From Acetatifactor sp. (GTDB lineage Bacteria; Bacillota; Clostridia; Lachnospirales; Lachnospiraceae): a stretch of DNA of 64,000 nucleotides. The stretch spans positions 23,845-87,844 of the forward strand of contig JAFLRM010000002.1 in NCBI GenBank assembly GCA_022511465.1, read 5' to 3'. A model generated the notes under the pieces. That model was not told where the DNA came from. It searched no databases and saw nothing but the letters and a program-made list of their open reading frames with translations. The translations under genes and the position numbers were made by a program. The first letter of the stretch is position 1. Every line of letters begins with the position of its first letter. Of the stretch, positions 50,315 through 61,315 are shown one piece after another.

Positions 50315-51196
50315 TTATGAATTGCAATTTCCACAGCCGCCGTGATGGGTGTCGCCCTCTTCCAGCGCGAGCATCGCCCTGCCCTCGGCGGTCTTATAAA
50401 TCTGTTGACGTCTCATTGCCTCGTCAAAGTTCACTTCATGTCCGTCGAACTCGGGGCCGTCCACACAGGCAAATTTCACTTTTCCGCCCACCGTCACACG
50501 ACATGCACCACACATACCGGTACCGTCCACCATAATCGGGTTCAGGCTGACGACGGTAGGGATGTTCAACTCCTTTGTGAGCAGGCAGACAAACTTCATC
50601 ATGATCATAGGTCCAATGGCAATACAGAGATCATACTGTTTGCCCTCCGCCACCAGATCCTTGATCGTCTGTGTCACCATGCCACTCCTGCCATAGGAAC
50701 CGTCATCCGTTGTCACATAGAGATTGCCAGCCACCGCCTCCATCTCTTTCTCCAAAATGAGTAAGCTCTGGGTCTTGCTGCCCACGATCACATCGGCGTC
50801 CACTCCGTGCTCATGCAGCCATTTCACCTGCGGATACACGGGAGCCGCACCCACGCCTCCGGCCACAAAGAGAATCTTCTTCTGCTTCAGCGCGTCCAAA
50901 TCTTCCGATACCAGCTCAGAGGCACATCCCAAAGGCCCCACGAAATCCTGGAAAGCATCACCTTCGTTCAAGTCTGCCATCATCTTTGTGGCAGCTCCTA
51001 CCGTCTGGAACACGATGGTAACGGTTCCTGTCGCACGGTTATAGTCACAGATGGTCAGGGGGATCCTCTCTCCCTCCTCATCCATGCGTACGATCACAAA
51101 CTGCCCCGGTTCACATGACTTTGCCACTCTTTTTGCCTCTACCTCCATCAGATAAATGTTGGTAGTCAGCTCTTTCTTTTTTACGATCTTGTACAT
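50315..51196 (-). CDS. nfnA: NfnA small subunit (SudB/PyrK-like FAD, 2Fe-2S)
   Basis: PGQF, GERIPLT, GPLG, AGGVG, IGP.IMM, MVDGTGMCGACRV, CVDGPEF. Confidence 0.87.
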   Translation of the reverse strand: MYKIVKKKELTTNIYLMEVEAKRVAKSCEPGQFVIVRMDEEGERIPLTICDYNRATGTVTIVFQTVGAATKMMADLNEGDAFQDFVGPLGCASELVSEDLDALKQKKILFVAGGVGAAPVYPQVKWLHEHGVDADVIVGSKTQSLLILEKEMEAVAGNLYVTTDDGSYGRSGMVTQTIKDLVAEGKQYDLCIAIGPMIMMKFVCLLTKELNIPTVVSLNPIMVDGTGMCGACRVTVGGKVKFACVDGPEFDGHEVNFDEAMRRQQIYKTAEGRAMLALEEGDTHHGGCGNCNS

Positions 51197-51213
51197 AATC
51201 CACCTCTCTATCC

Positions 51214-52656
51214 CTATTCTTGGGTTTCTTCTATTGCAACTAGTTTATAGTTGTTGTTATCTATCTGTAAACGGAACAATTCGCCACCGTAGGCGCCTAC
51301 TGCGTAGTAACTTCCGGTCCGGGTCGACGTCCCATCCCTGCTCCGCAGAATTTCCGCTATCACATAATAATCTCCGACCCCGTTTATGTTCGTGACGTAC
51401 TGATATTGATACTTGTACATATCACTATTCCCGGCGTCAAAGTGCCCCGCTTCATCCAAGATCCTACCGGTACGCATGCGGTATGCTACCACGATCCCCT
51501 CTGCATCCGCAGTTGACACGTTCGTATTCAGGTTCAGCCGGTAGGTTCTTTCCACAACGTCACTGGTGCGACCGTCCTCAATGCAGATAAAGCGGAAGAC
51601 AGATTCTCCCAAGGGCATATGGAGAGGCCCTGTGTATGGAGTGGATGTCACGTTGGGATTGCTCCCGTCCGTAGTATAGTATATATCGGCCACAACATTT
51701 ACCACTGCGATATCCATAGGAATGTTATAATCCCCACTGACAACACTGATCTCCGGATCTGGAAGCTTCTCTATGATAATATGATACTCAGCGGCAGCAA
51801 TATCACTGGAAATTCCATTCTCATTGACAAAATACGCCTTGACAAGATAGTCCCCTCTCTCCAGTAGTATCGGCGTCGTATAAAGAGTGCTGTTCTCATC
51901 AGGATCGCTTCCGTCCAGAGTATAATAGATCCGCCCACTGCCGGATGCCGTTAGCTTAAGTGGCTGTATACTGTTGTAACTCCCAGCCTTTACACTGAAT
52001 TCCGGAGCGGTGGCCACATAATTTTGGTAGGTGGCCAGTACATTCTCATTTTCGCTGGCCAAGAGAAAATCGTTTATGGTCTGATAGTCTCCTCTGGCTC
52101 GGTAGATCGCGATCAGCTTCCCATAAGCACTCTCCACCTGTTCCGCCGTAGCATTTTCATCCATGGCGATCTGACGCAGCAAATATTCATATTCAATTTT
52201 ATTATTTTTAAAAAAATAAACCTCTGCCAACTCCACCTTCAGATTCACGTTACTCTCATCCAGCTCTATGGCCCTGGTATAATGGCGGACTGCCCTGTCA
52301 TACAGCCCATCTTCCACACATTCCCTCGCTCTGTCCGTCTGATACTCTACGGAGAAGTAGAGGTAAGCGGAAACACCACCTGCTACTCCCAAACTCAAGA
52401 ATACCACGAGAACGACTGCAAAGATAATCCATTTTCTGTAACTTGCGCGCTTACTTTGCGGTTCCTGTGTCTCTGCGGACAACCTTTCTTTGGAATCATC
52501 CTGCTCCCAAATGTCATCCGCAATACTCTTGATGGTCTGCTGTATGTCATCATCCAGCTCCGGTTCAAAATCGGGCACTATATGAATATCTTCTCCACAC
52601 TGTTCACAGTAGAGAGCATCCTTCTTCATTTCTGCCCCACAATTTGGACACTTCAT
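51214..52656 (-). CDS. Zinc-ribbon / TM / TPR / tandem Fn3-associated (CHB_HEX_C-like) surface protein
   Basis: MKCPNCG...CEQCG; one TM; YDRAVRHYTRAIELD TPR; two IYYT.DGS.P...ST.YT.P repeats. Confidence 0.8.
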   Translation of the reverse strand: MKCPNCGAEMKKDALYCEQCGEDIHIVPDFEPELDDDIQQTIKSIADDIWEQDDSKERLSAETQEPQSKRASYRKWIIFAVVLVVFLSLGVAGGVSAYLYFSVEYQTDRARECVEDGLYDRAVRHYTRAIELDESNVNLKVELAEVYFFKNNKIEYEYLLRQIAMDENATAEQVESAYGKLIAIYRARGDYQTINDFLLASENENVLATYQNYVATAPEFSVKAGSYNSIQPLKLTASGSGRIYYTLDGSDPDENSTLYTTPILLERGDYLVKAYFVNENGISSDIAAAEYHIIIEKLPDPEISVVSGDYNIPMDIAVVNVVADIYYTTDGSNPNVTSTPYTGPLHMPLGESVFRFICIEDGRTSDVVERTYRLNLNTNVSTADAEGIVVAYRMRTGRILDEAGHFDAGNSDMYKYQYQYVTNINGVGDYYVIAEILRSRDGTSTRTGSYYAVGAYGGELFRLQIDNNNYKLVAIEETQE

Positions 52657-52671
52657 AAATCATGACACCTT

Positions 52672-53520
52672 TCAATTTTGCTGTAAGGCTACAGACTCCA
52701 CACAATTATTCATCAGCATGGCGATAGTCATAGGTCCCACACCACCGGGCACCGGCGTGATAGCGCTGCATTTAGGCGCCACGCTCTCATGATCCACATC
52801 GCCGCAAAGCTTGTTCTCTTCGTTTCTATGGATACCAACATCAATGACCACCGCTCCCTCTTTCACATAATCGGCTGTGATCATCTTAGGTTTGCCGATG
52901 GCCACCACCAGAATGTCCGCTCTACCCGTCACTTCCTTCAGATCCTTCGTTCTGCTGTGAGTGACAGTGACCGTTCCATTCTCCCGGATCAACAACAGCG
53001 CCATAGGCTTGCCCACGATATTACTCCTGCCGATCACCACACATTCCTTGCCGGCGATCTCAATGCCGGAACGTTTCAGAAGCTGAATGATTCCCGCGGG
53101 GGTGCAGGACACAAAACCCGGCTTTCCGATACAGAGCGCTCCCACATTCTGCGGATGGAAACCGTCCACATCCTTGCTGGGATGTATGGTGTTCAACACC
53201 TTCTCCTCCTCAATATGCTTCGGAAGCGGCAGCTGTACCAAAATACCATTTACATCCTTTCTGCCGTTCAGTTCTTCGATCAAGGCCAGAAGCTCCTTCT
53301 CTGTGGTCTCTTCGGGAAGTTCGTAGGCCAGAGACCTAATCCCTATATAGGCGCAGGCGTTCTTCTTATTCCTTACATAGACAGAGGAAGCCGGATCCGC
53401 GCCAACCTGAATCACTGCCAGCGTGACTTCTGTCCCCTGCTCCTTCATCTGCGCAACTTTCTCTTTCAGCTCATCCTTGATCTGAGCAGATATTGCTTTT
53501 CCATCGATAATCTGTGTCAT
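52672..53520 (-). CDS. folD: Methylenetetrahydrofolate dehydrogenase/cyclohydrolase
   Basis: IDGK, YVRNK, VQLPLP, KDVDGFHP, CTPAG, GRSNIVGKP, PVPGGVGPMT. Confidence 0.97.
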   Translation of the reverse strand: MTQIIDGKAISAQIKDELKEKVAQMKEQGTEVTLAVIQVGADPASSVYVRNKKNACAYIGIRSLAYELPEETTEKELLALIEELNGRKDVNGILVQLPLPKHIEEEKVLNTIHPSKDVDGFHPQNVGALCIGKPGFVSCTPAGIIQLLKRSGIEIAGKECVVIGRSNIVGKPMALLLIRENGTVTVTHSRTKDLKEVTGRADILVVAIGKPKMITADYVKEGAVVIDVGIHRNEENKLCGDVDHESVAPKCSAITPVPGGVGPMTIAMLMNNCVESVALQQN

Positions 53521-53537
53521 GTTCTCCTCTTTTCTGC

Positions 53538-55208
53538 CTAAAACAATCCCGTGATCACACCTTCATCATTTACATCTATCCGATAGGCCGCAGGCACCTT
53601 TGGAAGCCCCGGCATGGTCATCACCTCACCGGTCAGCACTACCACAAAGCCAGCTCCCGCAGATACATATACCTCGCGCACATTTAGGTCAAACCCTTCA
53701 GGTCTTCCCAGCTTCGTGGAATCATCGGAGAGAGAATACTGATTCTTTGCCATACATACAGGGAGGTTCCCAAAACCGAGCTGCTCCAGATTTTCCAACT
53801 GCTTTTCAGCCCCGGAGGCAATGTTCACACTTCCTGCACCATAAATCTCTTTGGCGATGACTTCTATCTTCTCTCTAAGGCTCAACTCATCTTCATACAA
53901 CAGCTTGAAATGACTCTCCTTCTTCTCCAAAGTCTCCAGCACTTTCTCCGCAAGAGCAATGCCGCCTTCGCCGCCCTTCTCCCACACTTCCGACAGAGCG
54001 AACTCACAATTCCTCTCCTCGCAGAAGTCACGGACAAAAGAAACCTCCGTCTCTGTATCCGTCACAAAAGAATTCAAGGTGACCACAACAGGCACACCGT
54101 ATTTTTGCAGATTTTCTATGTGCTTCTCCAGATTGACGATTCCCTTTTTAAGAGCATCCAAATTTTCCGCTCCAAGTTCAGTCTTTGCCACACCACCGTT
54201 GTATTTCAGCGCGCGGATGGTAGCCACCAGCACAGCTGCATCCGGTTTTAACCCCGCTATGCGGCATTTGATGTCAAAGAATTTCTCTGCGCCTAAGTCC
54301 GCGCCGAATCCCGCCTCCGTAATGCAGTAATCCGCCGATTTCAACGCTGCCCTGGTAGCTCTCACAGAGTTACATCCATGAGCAATATTGGCAAACGGCC
54401 CACCGTGCACAAATGCAGGCGTATGCTCCAAGGTCTGGATCAGATTGGGCTTCAAGGCATCTTTCAAGAGTGCTGACATAGCTCCCACTGCCTGAAGTTC
54501 CCCCGCCGTCACCGGTTCGCCGGATAGATTGTAGGCCACCACAATGCGGGACAGCCGCTCTTTTAAATCTTTCATGTCGGAAGCCAGACACAGGATCGCC
54601 ATGATCTCGCTGGCAACCGTAATTACAAAATGATCCTCACGCACAAATCCATCCGTCTTGTTGCCCAGCCCGATCACTATATTTCGAAGGGCCCGGTCGT
54701 TCATATCCTCACAGCGCTTCCACACGATCTGCCGAGTGTCGATCTGCAGTTCGTTGCCCTGCTGGATATGATTGTCCAAAAGCGCCGCCAGCAGATTGTT
54801 GGCGGAAGTGATCGCGTGAAAATCGCCGGTAAAGTGCAGATTTAAATCTTCCATGGGAACCACCTGCGCATAGCCGCCTCCGGCAGCTCCGCCTTTGATT
54901 CCAAAGCAAGGCCCCAGGGATGGCTCTCTGAGTGCGATCACGGCCTTCTTGCCAAGCTTTCCAAACGCCTCACCAAGCCCCACACTGGTGGTGGTCTTCC
55001 CTTCCCCCGCAGGAGTGGGATTGATGGCAGTCACCAAGATCAACTTTCCGTCGGGATTAGTCTGCACTTTCCCTATGTACTCGTCCGTGAGCTTTGCTTT
55101 ATATTTTCCATAGAGCTCCAAATCCTCCGGATCGATGCCAAGCTCAGCCGCCACCTCAGTGATCGGCTTAAGCACCGCCTCCTGGGCAATCTGTATATCC
55201 GTTTTCAT
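53538..55208 (-). CDS. fhs: Formate-tetrahydrofolate ligase
   Basis: [60 protein letters not shown]. Confidence 0.98.
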   Translation of the reverse strand: MKTDIQIAQEAVLKPITEVAAELGIDPEDLELYGKYKAKLTDEYIGKVQTNPDGKLILVTAINPTPAGEGKTTTSVGLGEAFGKLGKKAVIALREPSLGPCFGIKGGAAGGGYAQVVPMEDLNLHFTGDFHAITSANNLLAALLDNHIQQGNELQIDTRQIVWKRCEDMNDRALRNIVIGLGNKTDGFVREDHFVITVASEIMAILCLASDMKDLKERLSRIVVAYNLSGEPVTAGELQAVGAMSALLKDALKPNLIQTLEHTPAFVHGGPFANIAHGCNSVRATRAALKSADYCITEAGFGADLGAEKFFDIKCRIAGLKPDAAVLVATIRALKYNGGVAKTELGAENLDALKKGIVNLEKHIENLQKYGVPVVVTLNSFVTDTETEVSFVRDFCEERNCEFALSEVWEKGGEGGIALAEKVLETLEKKESHFKLLYEDELSLREKIEVIAKEIYGAGSVNIASGAEKQLENLEQLGFGNLPVCMAKNQYSLSDDSTKLGRPEGFDLNVREVYVSAGAGFVVVLTGEVMTMPGLPKVPAAYRIDVNDEGVITGLF

Positions 55209-55224
55209 AATAATCTATCTCCTC

Positions 55225-57906
55225 TTAGATCTCCTCCAAAAGCTGTTCAAACTGCTCCATACTCATGAGCACCTTTCTGGGCTTGGTACCTTCCTCCTCA
55301 CCGACCACTCCGTATTCACACAGCTGATCCATGATCCTGGCCGCACGGTTGAAGCCCACTTTCAACACACGCTGAAGCATGCCAATGGACGCCTTGTCCT
55401 TGTCTATGATAAAACGACCTGCCTGCTCAAAATATTCATCCCTGGCTTCGCCATCGCCGCCTACAGAACCGCCGGAGGTTCCGCCCTGATTGATCTTCGC
55501 CTCGATTTCCTCCGCATAAGTATTGCCTATCGCCTGATTTTTCAGAAAGTCCACTACATCAGCAACTTCTTTATCTGAGACGAACGCGCCCTGCACACGG
55601 GCCGGCTTGGAATAGCCCTGCGGATAAAAGAGCATATCGCCCTTTCCTAAAAGCTTCTCTGCACCGTTCATATCCAAAATCGTACGGGAGTCCACACCAC
55701 TGGATACCGCAAACGCTACACGGCTTGGCATGTTTGCTTTGATCAGACCGGTGATGACATCCACGCTGGGACGCTGAGTGGCAATTATCAGGTGAATGCC
55801 TGCGGCCCTGGCCAGCTGAGCCAAACGACAGATTGCCTCCTCCACCTCCCCGGCAGCCACCATCATCAGATCTGCCAGCTCGTCCACAATAATGACGATC
55901 TGGGGCATGGTGGCAGGCGCATTCTCGTCGCCTCTTTCCCGCATAGTCTTGACCTTCTCATTGTAGCCGTGAATCTCTCTGACATTCATCTCCGCCAATT
56001 TGCGATAACGGTCGTCCATCTCCGTGACCGCCCAGTGCAGCGCGGCAGAAGCTTTCTTTGGATCTGTCACCACGGGGATCAGCAGATGGGGGATACCGTT
56101 GTACACACTCAGTTCCACCACCTTGGGATCCACCATGATCAGCTTCACCTCGTCCGGGTGTGCCTTGTACAAAATGCTCATGATCAAGGTGTTGATGCAG
56201 ACAGACTTACCGGAACCGGTGGAGCCCGCGATCAACATATGGGGCATCTTGGCAATATCCGTCACCACCACCTTGCCAGCGATATCCTTGCCGACAGCAA
56301 AGGCGATGTTGGACTTGAAATCCTGAAATTCCGGACTCTCTAAAAGTTCCCGCAAAGATACGGGAGTAGTCTCCTTGTTAGGCACCTCGATACCGATGGC
56401 CGCCTTGCCCGGAATAGGAGCCTCCATACGAATATCGGTGGCCGCCAGATTCAGCTTGATATCCTCCGTCAATCCCACGATCTTGGAAACCTTGACGCCC
56501 TGTTCCGGCTGCATCTCGTAGCGGGTGACTGACGGGCCCTGACTGATATCCGTGATAGTCACTTTCACGCCAAAAGTGTTCAGCGTCTGCTGCAAGCGCA
56601 TGGCCGTTTCCTTCAACTCCCTCTCGGAATCTCCGGTAGCTGCCTTCCCTTTCTGCAGCAAATTCAGAGAAGGTCTCTTATATTCTTTGGGAACGCTCCT
56701 CCCACTGTTGGCAACTTCGCTATGTACCGATCGTGCTCTGGCGCCAGCCATAGAATTGGAGGCGCTTCCCTCCTCCGGGAACTTTGCCGCGGGGCGGGGG
56801 CGGGGCAAAGCCGCAACAGGTTCCGGCTCCGTTATATCCTCCTTGTGCACTTGTATCTGCACCATATCTTCCTCTGCAAAAAGGGACGTCCTCTCTGCTT
56901 CGTCATCTGCCGGATCTCTGCGATAAACTTCCATGTCAGCGTAGGCAGATTCATCCAACGTCACCTGATGGGCGCTGCGTATCTGAATTTTTTCAAAGTC
57001 AAAAGGGGATGCGACATCATTGTCATCTGTTTGGTACAGCTCGTCATCTCCACGAAACTCCTCCGATTCCTCCTCCGAGTAAGTGATCTCGTGGATATCA
57101 TCACGATGCTTGTCCTCCGCTTTTTTCAAAGAAGTATCCATCATGACACCCGTGACTTTTTTCTCCATGCGGAGGATCTTATCGTTCTCCTTCTCCTCCG
57201 CCCGAAGCCTGCGCTCTTCCTCTCTGCGGGCACGCTGCCTATCCTGTTCTTCCCTGCGGACTGCCGCCTGTTCCCTGCGTCTCTCCGCGTCCTCTCTGGA
57301 TATCTCCCGCAGCCTGCTTCCACCACTTTTCATGCTGTTCAGAAGAGAGCGCTCCGTAAGCAGGATCAAACTGATCACAGAACATAAAAGTACTAAAAGG
57401 ATCGTGCCGATGGTCCCCAGATAATGCTGCAGCAGATAGGCCACACTTCCGGCCAGCACGCCGCCACCTTTTCTGCCGTCGCTGCAAAACAGATAGATTG
57501 CCACCGCGTCGTATTGGTCCATATCTGCCGACGTTCCTGCGATCAGATCACAGACCACGCCCAGCATAATAAAAAGTACCACTCCTGCCACAAGCTTGCG
57601 TACAGCACTTGGATTCCCCTGATTAGCGAACCAGAAAGCAAAAGCAAAAAACAACAGTATAGATGCAATATATGCAGTAAGCCCAAAAAGTCCAAAGAGA
57701 ACACCGCTGATGGAATTACCCACGGAACCTATGATACCAAAGTTACAGAAAAACAATATCAGCATCACCACAAATAGAACGATCAGTCCTATCTCATGGA
57801 ACAATGCACTCTCCTGTGCCGCTTGTGCCTCGTCAGCCTTTTTTTTACCCGCACTGTTTCTCCCGGAAGATGATGCCTTTTTGCCTGATGTAGATGCCAT
57901 CTTCAT
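55225..57906 (-). CDS. ftsK: DNA translocase FtsK/SpoIIIE
   Basis: 4TM N-terminus, GPSVTRYE, PHMLIAGSTGSGKS, IVDELADL, ATQRPS, gamma domain GFNRAARIMDQL. Confidence 0.96.
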   Translation of the reverse strand: MKMASTSGKKASSSGRNSAGKKKADEAQAAQESALFHEIGLIVLFVVMLILFFCNFGIIGSVGNSISGVLFGLFGLTAYIASILLFFAFAFWFANQGNPSAVRKLVAGVVLFIMLGVVCDLIAGTSADMDQYDAVAIYLFCSDGRKGGGVLAGSVAYLLQHYLGTIGTILLVLLCSVISLILLTERSLLNSMKSGGSRLREISREDAERRREQAAVRREEQDRQRARREEERRLRAEEKENDKILRMEKKVTGVMMDTSLKKAEDKHRDDIHEITYSEEESEEFRGDDELYQTDDNDVASPFDFEKIQIRSAHQVTLDESAYADMEVYRRDPADDEAERTSLFAEEDMVQIQVHKEDITEPEPVAALPRPRPAAKFPEEGSASNSMAGARARSVHSEVANSGRSVPKEYKRPSLNLLQKGKAATGDSERELKETAMRLQQTLNTFGVKVTITDISQGPSVTRYEMQPEQGVKVSKIVGLTEDIKLNLAATDIRMEAPIPGKAAIGIEVPNKETTPVSLRELLESPEFQDFKSNIAFAVGKDIAGKVVVTDIAKMPHMLIAGSTGSGKSVCINTLIMSILYKAHPDEVKLIMVDPKVVELSVYNGIPHLLIPVVTDPKKASAALHWAVTEMDDRYRKLAEMNVREIHGYNEKVKTMRERGDENAPATMPQIVIIVDELADLMMVAAGEVEEAICRLAQLARAAGIHLIIATQRPSVDVITGLIKANMPSRVAFAVSSGVDSRTILDMNGAEKLLGKGDMLFYPQGYSKPARVQGAFVSDKEVADVVDFLKNQAIGNTYAEEIEAKINQGGTSGGSVGGDGEARDEYFEQAGRFIIDKDKASIGMLQRVLKVGFNRAARIMDQLCEYGVVGEEEGTKPRKVLMSMEQFEQLLEEI

Positions 57907-57959
57907 CTTACCTCTCTGTCAAAGAATAAAAATAATACATCTATAAGAGTATACCATTT

Positions 57960-58757
57960 TTATCCTTTCATTTCAATCATCAAATGTAGTCTGCGGATTG
58001 CCTTGTCGATACCGCCGACTTCATCGATAATGCCGTTTTCCACAGCCTCCTCCCCCACAAGGATCGTTCCCACATCCTTGGTGAGGACTCCTGTCTCCAT
58101 CATCAACTCCTCAAATCGCTCCTGCTCCACCTTGCAGTGCCTGCAGACGAACCCTGTGATACGGTCCTGGATCGACTTAAAATAGTCGAAGGTCTGGGGC
58201 ACTCCTATGACTGTGCCGTTCATCCGCACCGGATGGATCACCATAGTACCGGTGGGAACGATATAGGAGTAGTCGGTGCTGACTGCAATGGGAACGCCGA
58301 TGGAGTGACTGCCTCCAAGCACCAGCGACACAGTGGGCTTGCTCAAGGAGGCCAGCATCTCTGCGATGGCAAGTCCCGCCTCCACATCTCCACCCATAGT
58401 GTTTAAGATCACCAGCACACCCTGTATGTCCTTACTGTCCTCAATGGCTGCCAGCTGAGGCAGGATATGCTCATATTTGGTCGTCTTAGAGTTGCTGGAC
58501 AGGTTGTCGTGCCCCTCAATTTCCCCAATAATGGACAGAAGATGAATGGTGTGATGCTCCACATTCTCATTCAGTGTGATCTGTCCGGTCTGTTGTATTC
58601 TCTCGTCTTTATGTTCCTCCGACTGCTCCTTTTTTTCGCGCTCGTCCCGATCCTCTCTGTCATTTTTCCCACCATTCCCCCTGGAATGCTCCTGCTTCTT
58701 TTTATTTTCCTCTGTCATCTGCTTCTCCACCACCTGACCGCCTCCTGTTTTTTCCAT
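57960..58757 (-). CDS. tepA: TepA, ClpP-like spore protein (start uncertain)
   Basis: IIGEIEGH, TTKYEHILPQL, LNTMGGDVEAGLAIAE, LVLGGSHSIGVP, IHPVRMNG. Confidence 0.88.
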   Translation of the reverse strand: MEKTGGGQVVEKQMTEENKKKQEHSRGNGGKNDREDRDEREKKEQSEEHKDERIQQTGQITLNENVEHHTIHLLSIIGEIEGHDNLSSNSKTTKYEHILPQLAAIEDSKDIQGVLVILNTMGGDVEAGLAIAEMLASLSKPTVSLVLGGSHSIGVPIAVSTDYSYIVPTGTMVIHPVRMNGTVIGVPQTFDYFKSIQDRITGFVCRHCKVEQERFEELMMETGVLTKDVGTILVGEEAVENGIIDEVGGIDKAIRRLHLMIEMKG

Positions 58758-58761
58758 GATA

Positions 58762-58799
58762 TAAAAAAGACTATATCAAATTTTCCTTCGATATAGTCT
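58762..58799 (-). terminator. Intrinsic terminator after GT-C-like gene
   Basis: AGACTATATC...GATATAGTCT stem followed by TTTTTT on minus strand. Confidence 0.75.
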
Positions 58800-58856
58800 C
58801 TCTTACTATCTCACTAATTCTATTTTTTATACCATATAGCCAAAAGAAAGGCCAGA

Positions 58857-60320
58857 TCAAATGTCATAATCATCATCGTCCGTCACCGGATGATCGTAGT
58901 CGTCATAAGCGCCCTCCGCCTTCTTGCTGAAATCCATCGGCTTATGCTCATATTGCTTTGGCAGAGGCAGCGGATTGTCCAGAAGCTTGACCTGCTTCGT
59001 CTCTCCTCTGACCGTGACCGTGACAACCTTCCCTGGCTCTCCGACAGGCTTGCCATCCTTAGAAGCTAATTCCAAATTGTCAGACTTCGCACTCTCCACC
59101 GCAGGCGTAGGGCTGGTTCCTCCGCCAAGCTGAGAAATACTCACTCCTGTCAGTATCCCAGTCGAAAGCATAAGCCACATGGCAGGTTTCGTGGCTTCCG
59201 GCAGCATCTGAAACAAGTAAGATCCGGTAAGAGAAAAGGCAAAAAGCGTCCACACGCTGAGCTTCTCCGATTTTTTATCACGCCAAAAGCTGAAGATTCC
59301 TAAGCTGGCCAGAAGAAGCGGCACCATATCCCACCAATGATACACCACATTGCCGGAAAAAGGAAATGGAAGCATCCTCGGGGCATCATTGGCCCAGACT
59401 GGCAGGATCCTTCCGGAGCCTGATTCCCCTCTCGCCACATCCAGAAAACTCAACAGGACAAAGCCGGCCACAGTGGCGGCAAGGTTCAAGATGCAGGCAA
59501 TCGCCCGATCAATAAGCTTTTCGTCCTCCGAGCTTCTTCTCATCCACAATCCAACGATCACAACACTCAAAAGCGCCACGCCGCTAAAATCCAAATAACT
59601 GACCGCTCCTATTGCCAGTCCGGCAATCAGACTAAGGACAATCCGTTTCCCCATTCCCGCGACAAAAAAAGCTGCAAGATAAAGGGCAATTCCGTAGAAG
59701 AACAAAAGCAGCATTCCCGGTGAGAGTTCCAGCGCACAGCTCACCATATAGGGGGAGGTCATGGAGAAAAGAAGCACCATGGCTGCCGACATGATCCCTG
59801 AGAGTTTCCGCACGGCAGCATACAAAAACAAAATCCCTGCATATTGTAGGATCATCTGAAGCCAGATCCCCGCCGCCAGCTTATTTCCAAAAATGAGAAA
59901 TATAAAGTGGAGCAGATACAAGTACACACTCACAATACGATGAGGGATGAATGGGATTGTTTTGTCAATCCCCACCTGGGCATACTCAAAATAGATGTTG
60001 GCAGACACGCCGTCGGCAATCCCTTGAATCCTTAAGAAAACTCCTGTGATCAACAGCGCTGTCAAAATAATTCCCTCTATCGTCCAACGCTGCCACTGTT
60101 TCAAAACCGGAAGCTTTCTCTTTCCCTTGCCCAATAAATGGGCTCCCAACAATGCCAGACCGCCCAGAAGGAGCACGGAACAGCACACGATCAGGCTGCC
60201 TAAGACCGGATAGGGCATTCCCTCGCAGAAATGCACCGCTCCCACATAAAGTCCTCCCAGCGCCAGGACGGTATAGAGAACCCACATAATGTAGCTGAAA
60301 ACATTTTTCTTCCAGATCAT
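58857..60320 (-). CDS. Polytopic membrane protein, GT-C (ArnT/PMT-like) candidate
   Basis: Many TMs, YVYLLH..FLIFG.....G..LQ, LYAAVRKLSG; overlaps GT2 stop (ATGA); acidic C-terminal tail. Confidence 0.55.
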   Translation of the reverse strand: MIWKKNVFSYIMWVLYTVLALGGLYVGAVHFCEGMPYPVLGSLIVCCSVLLLGGLALLGAHLLGKGKRKLPVLKQWQRWTIEGIILTALLITGVFLRIQGIADGVSANIYFEYAQVGIDKTIPFIPHRIVSVYLYLLHFIFLIFGNKLAAGIWLQMILQYAGILFLYAAVRKLSGIMSAAMVLLFSMTSPYMVSCALELSPGMLLLFFYGIALYLAAFFVAGMGKRIVLSLIAGLAIGAVSYLDFSGVALLSVVIVGLWMRRSSEDEKLIDRAIACILNLAATVAGFVLLSFLDVARGESGSGRILPVWANDAPRMLPFPFSGNVVYHWWDMVPLLLASLGIFSFWRDKKSEKLSVWTLFAFSLTGSYLFQMLPEATKPAMWLMLSTGILTGVSISQLGGGTSPTPAVESAKSDNLELASKDGKPVGEPGKVVTVTVRGETKQVKLLDNPLPLPKQYEHKPMDFSKKAEGAYDDYDHPVTDDDDYDI

Positions 60321-61261
60321 TTCAGTACCTTTTCAATATTGTAACGGGGCCTATGCTTCACCTCAATGTAAATCTTGCCGATATACTGCCCTACCAGACC
60401 GATTGCCAAAAGCTGCACACCGCCCAAAAACCAGATTGACAAAATAAGGGATGTCCACCCTTGCACTACATGGCCTGTAAAGTAGGAAATAAGAGCATAT
60501 ATCGCCGCAAGGATCGATGCAAATATAATGAACATGCCTACGCCAAGAATCAGGCTGATCGGTTTCACGCTGAAGGAAGAAATACCATTGAAAGCCAGCG
60601 CCAGCATCTTCTTCAAGGGGTATTTGGACTCTCCTGCCACTCTCTCTTTGCGGTCATAGTAAACCATATCGGTCTGGTAACCGATGAGAGGCATCATACC
60701 TCGCAAAAACAGATTGGTCTCCTTGTACTGGGAGAACTGCTCAACCGCGCGCTTGGACATCAAACGAAAATCCGCGTGATTATATACGGTCTTCACCCCC
60801 ATCAGTTCCATCACTTTGTAGAAGCCCTGAGCCGTGGTCCGTTTAAAAAAAGTATCTGTCTTACGCTCTCTCCGAACGCCATAGACAATATCACAGCCTG
60901 CGTGGAACTTGTCGATCATCTCTTCGATCACCGCGGTGTCATCCTGAAGATCCGCATCGATGGACACCGTAACATCACTCAGATCTTTGGCAGTGATAAG
61001 CCCTGCAGTAAGCGCAAACTGATGTCCCACATTGCCGGCAAGCTTTAAACCAAACACCTGCTCCGGGTGCTTCTTGTGTTCCTCCTCGATCAACTCCCAC
61101 GTGCGATCCTTGCTTCCATCATTCACAAACATCACAAAACTGTCCGCTCCAATCTTGCCTTTTCTCACAAGATCGTCCAACACACCGCGCAGAGCTTCGG
61201 AAGCGATCTTCAAGACCTCTTCCTCGTTATAGCATGGAACTACAATCGCCAATCTATCCAT
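60317..61261 (-). CDS. GT2 polyprenol-phosphate glycosyltransferase (GtrB-like)
   Basis: VVPCYNEEE, VNDGSKDRT, GHQ.AL.AG, IDADLQD, DFRLMS, two C-terminal TMs, RPRY. Confidence 0.9.
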   Translation of the reverse strand: MDRLAIVVPCYNEEEVLKIASEALRGVLDDLVRKGKIGADSFVMFVNDGSKDRTWELIEEEHKKHPEQVFGLKLAGNVGHQFALTAGLITAKDLSDVTVSIDADLQDDTAVIEEMIDKFHAGCDIVYGVRRERKTDTFFKRTTAQGFYKVMELMGVKTVYNHADFRLMSKRAVEQFSQYKETNLFLRGMMPLIGYQTDMVYYDRKERVAGESKYPLKKMLALAFNGISSFSVKPISLILGVGMFIIFASILAAIYALISYFTGHVVQGWTSLILSIWFLGGVQLLAIGLVGQYIGKIYIEVKHRPRYNIEKVLK

Positions 61262-61315
61262 AGTAAACCTCCATCATACGGCTTCCCTGACGGGAAACGG
61301 CCGTATGGCTTTTAT

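Noticed and set aside
56788-56806. G-rich run GGGGCGGGGGCGGGG as a G-quadruplex
   Set aside because: Only three G-tracts. It encodes PRPRP in the FtsK linker.
61275-61307. Hairpin CATACGGC...GCCGTATG between yebC and GT2
   Set aside because: No T-tract on the coding strand, so not called a terminator or riboswitch. It may be an mRNA stability element, but this is unsupported.
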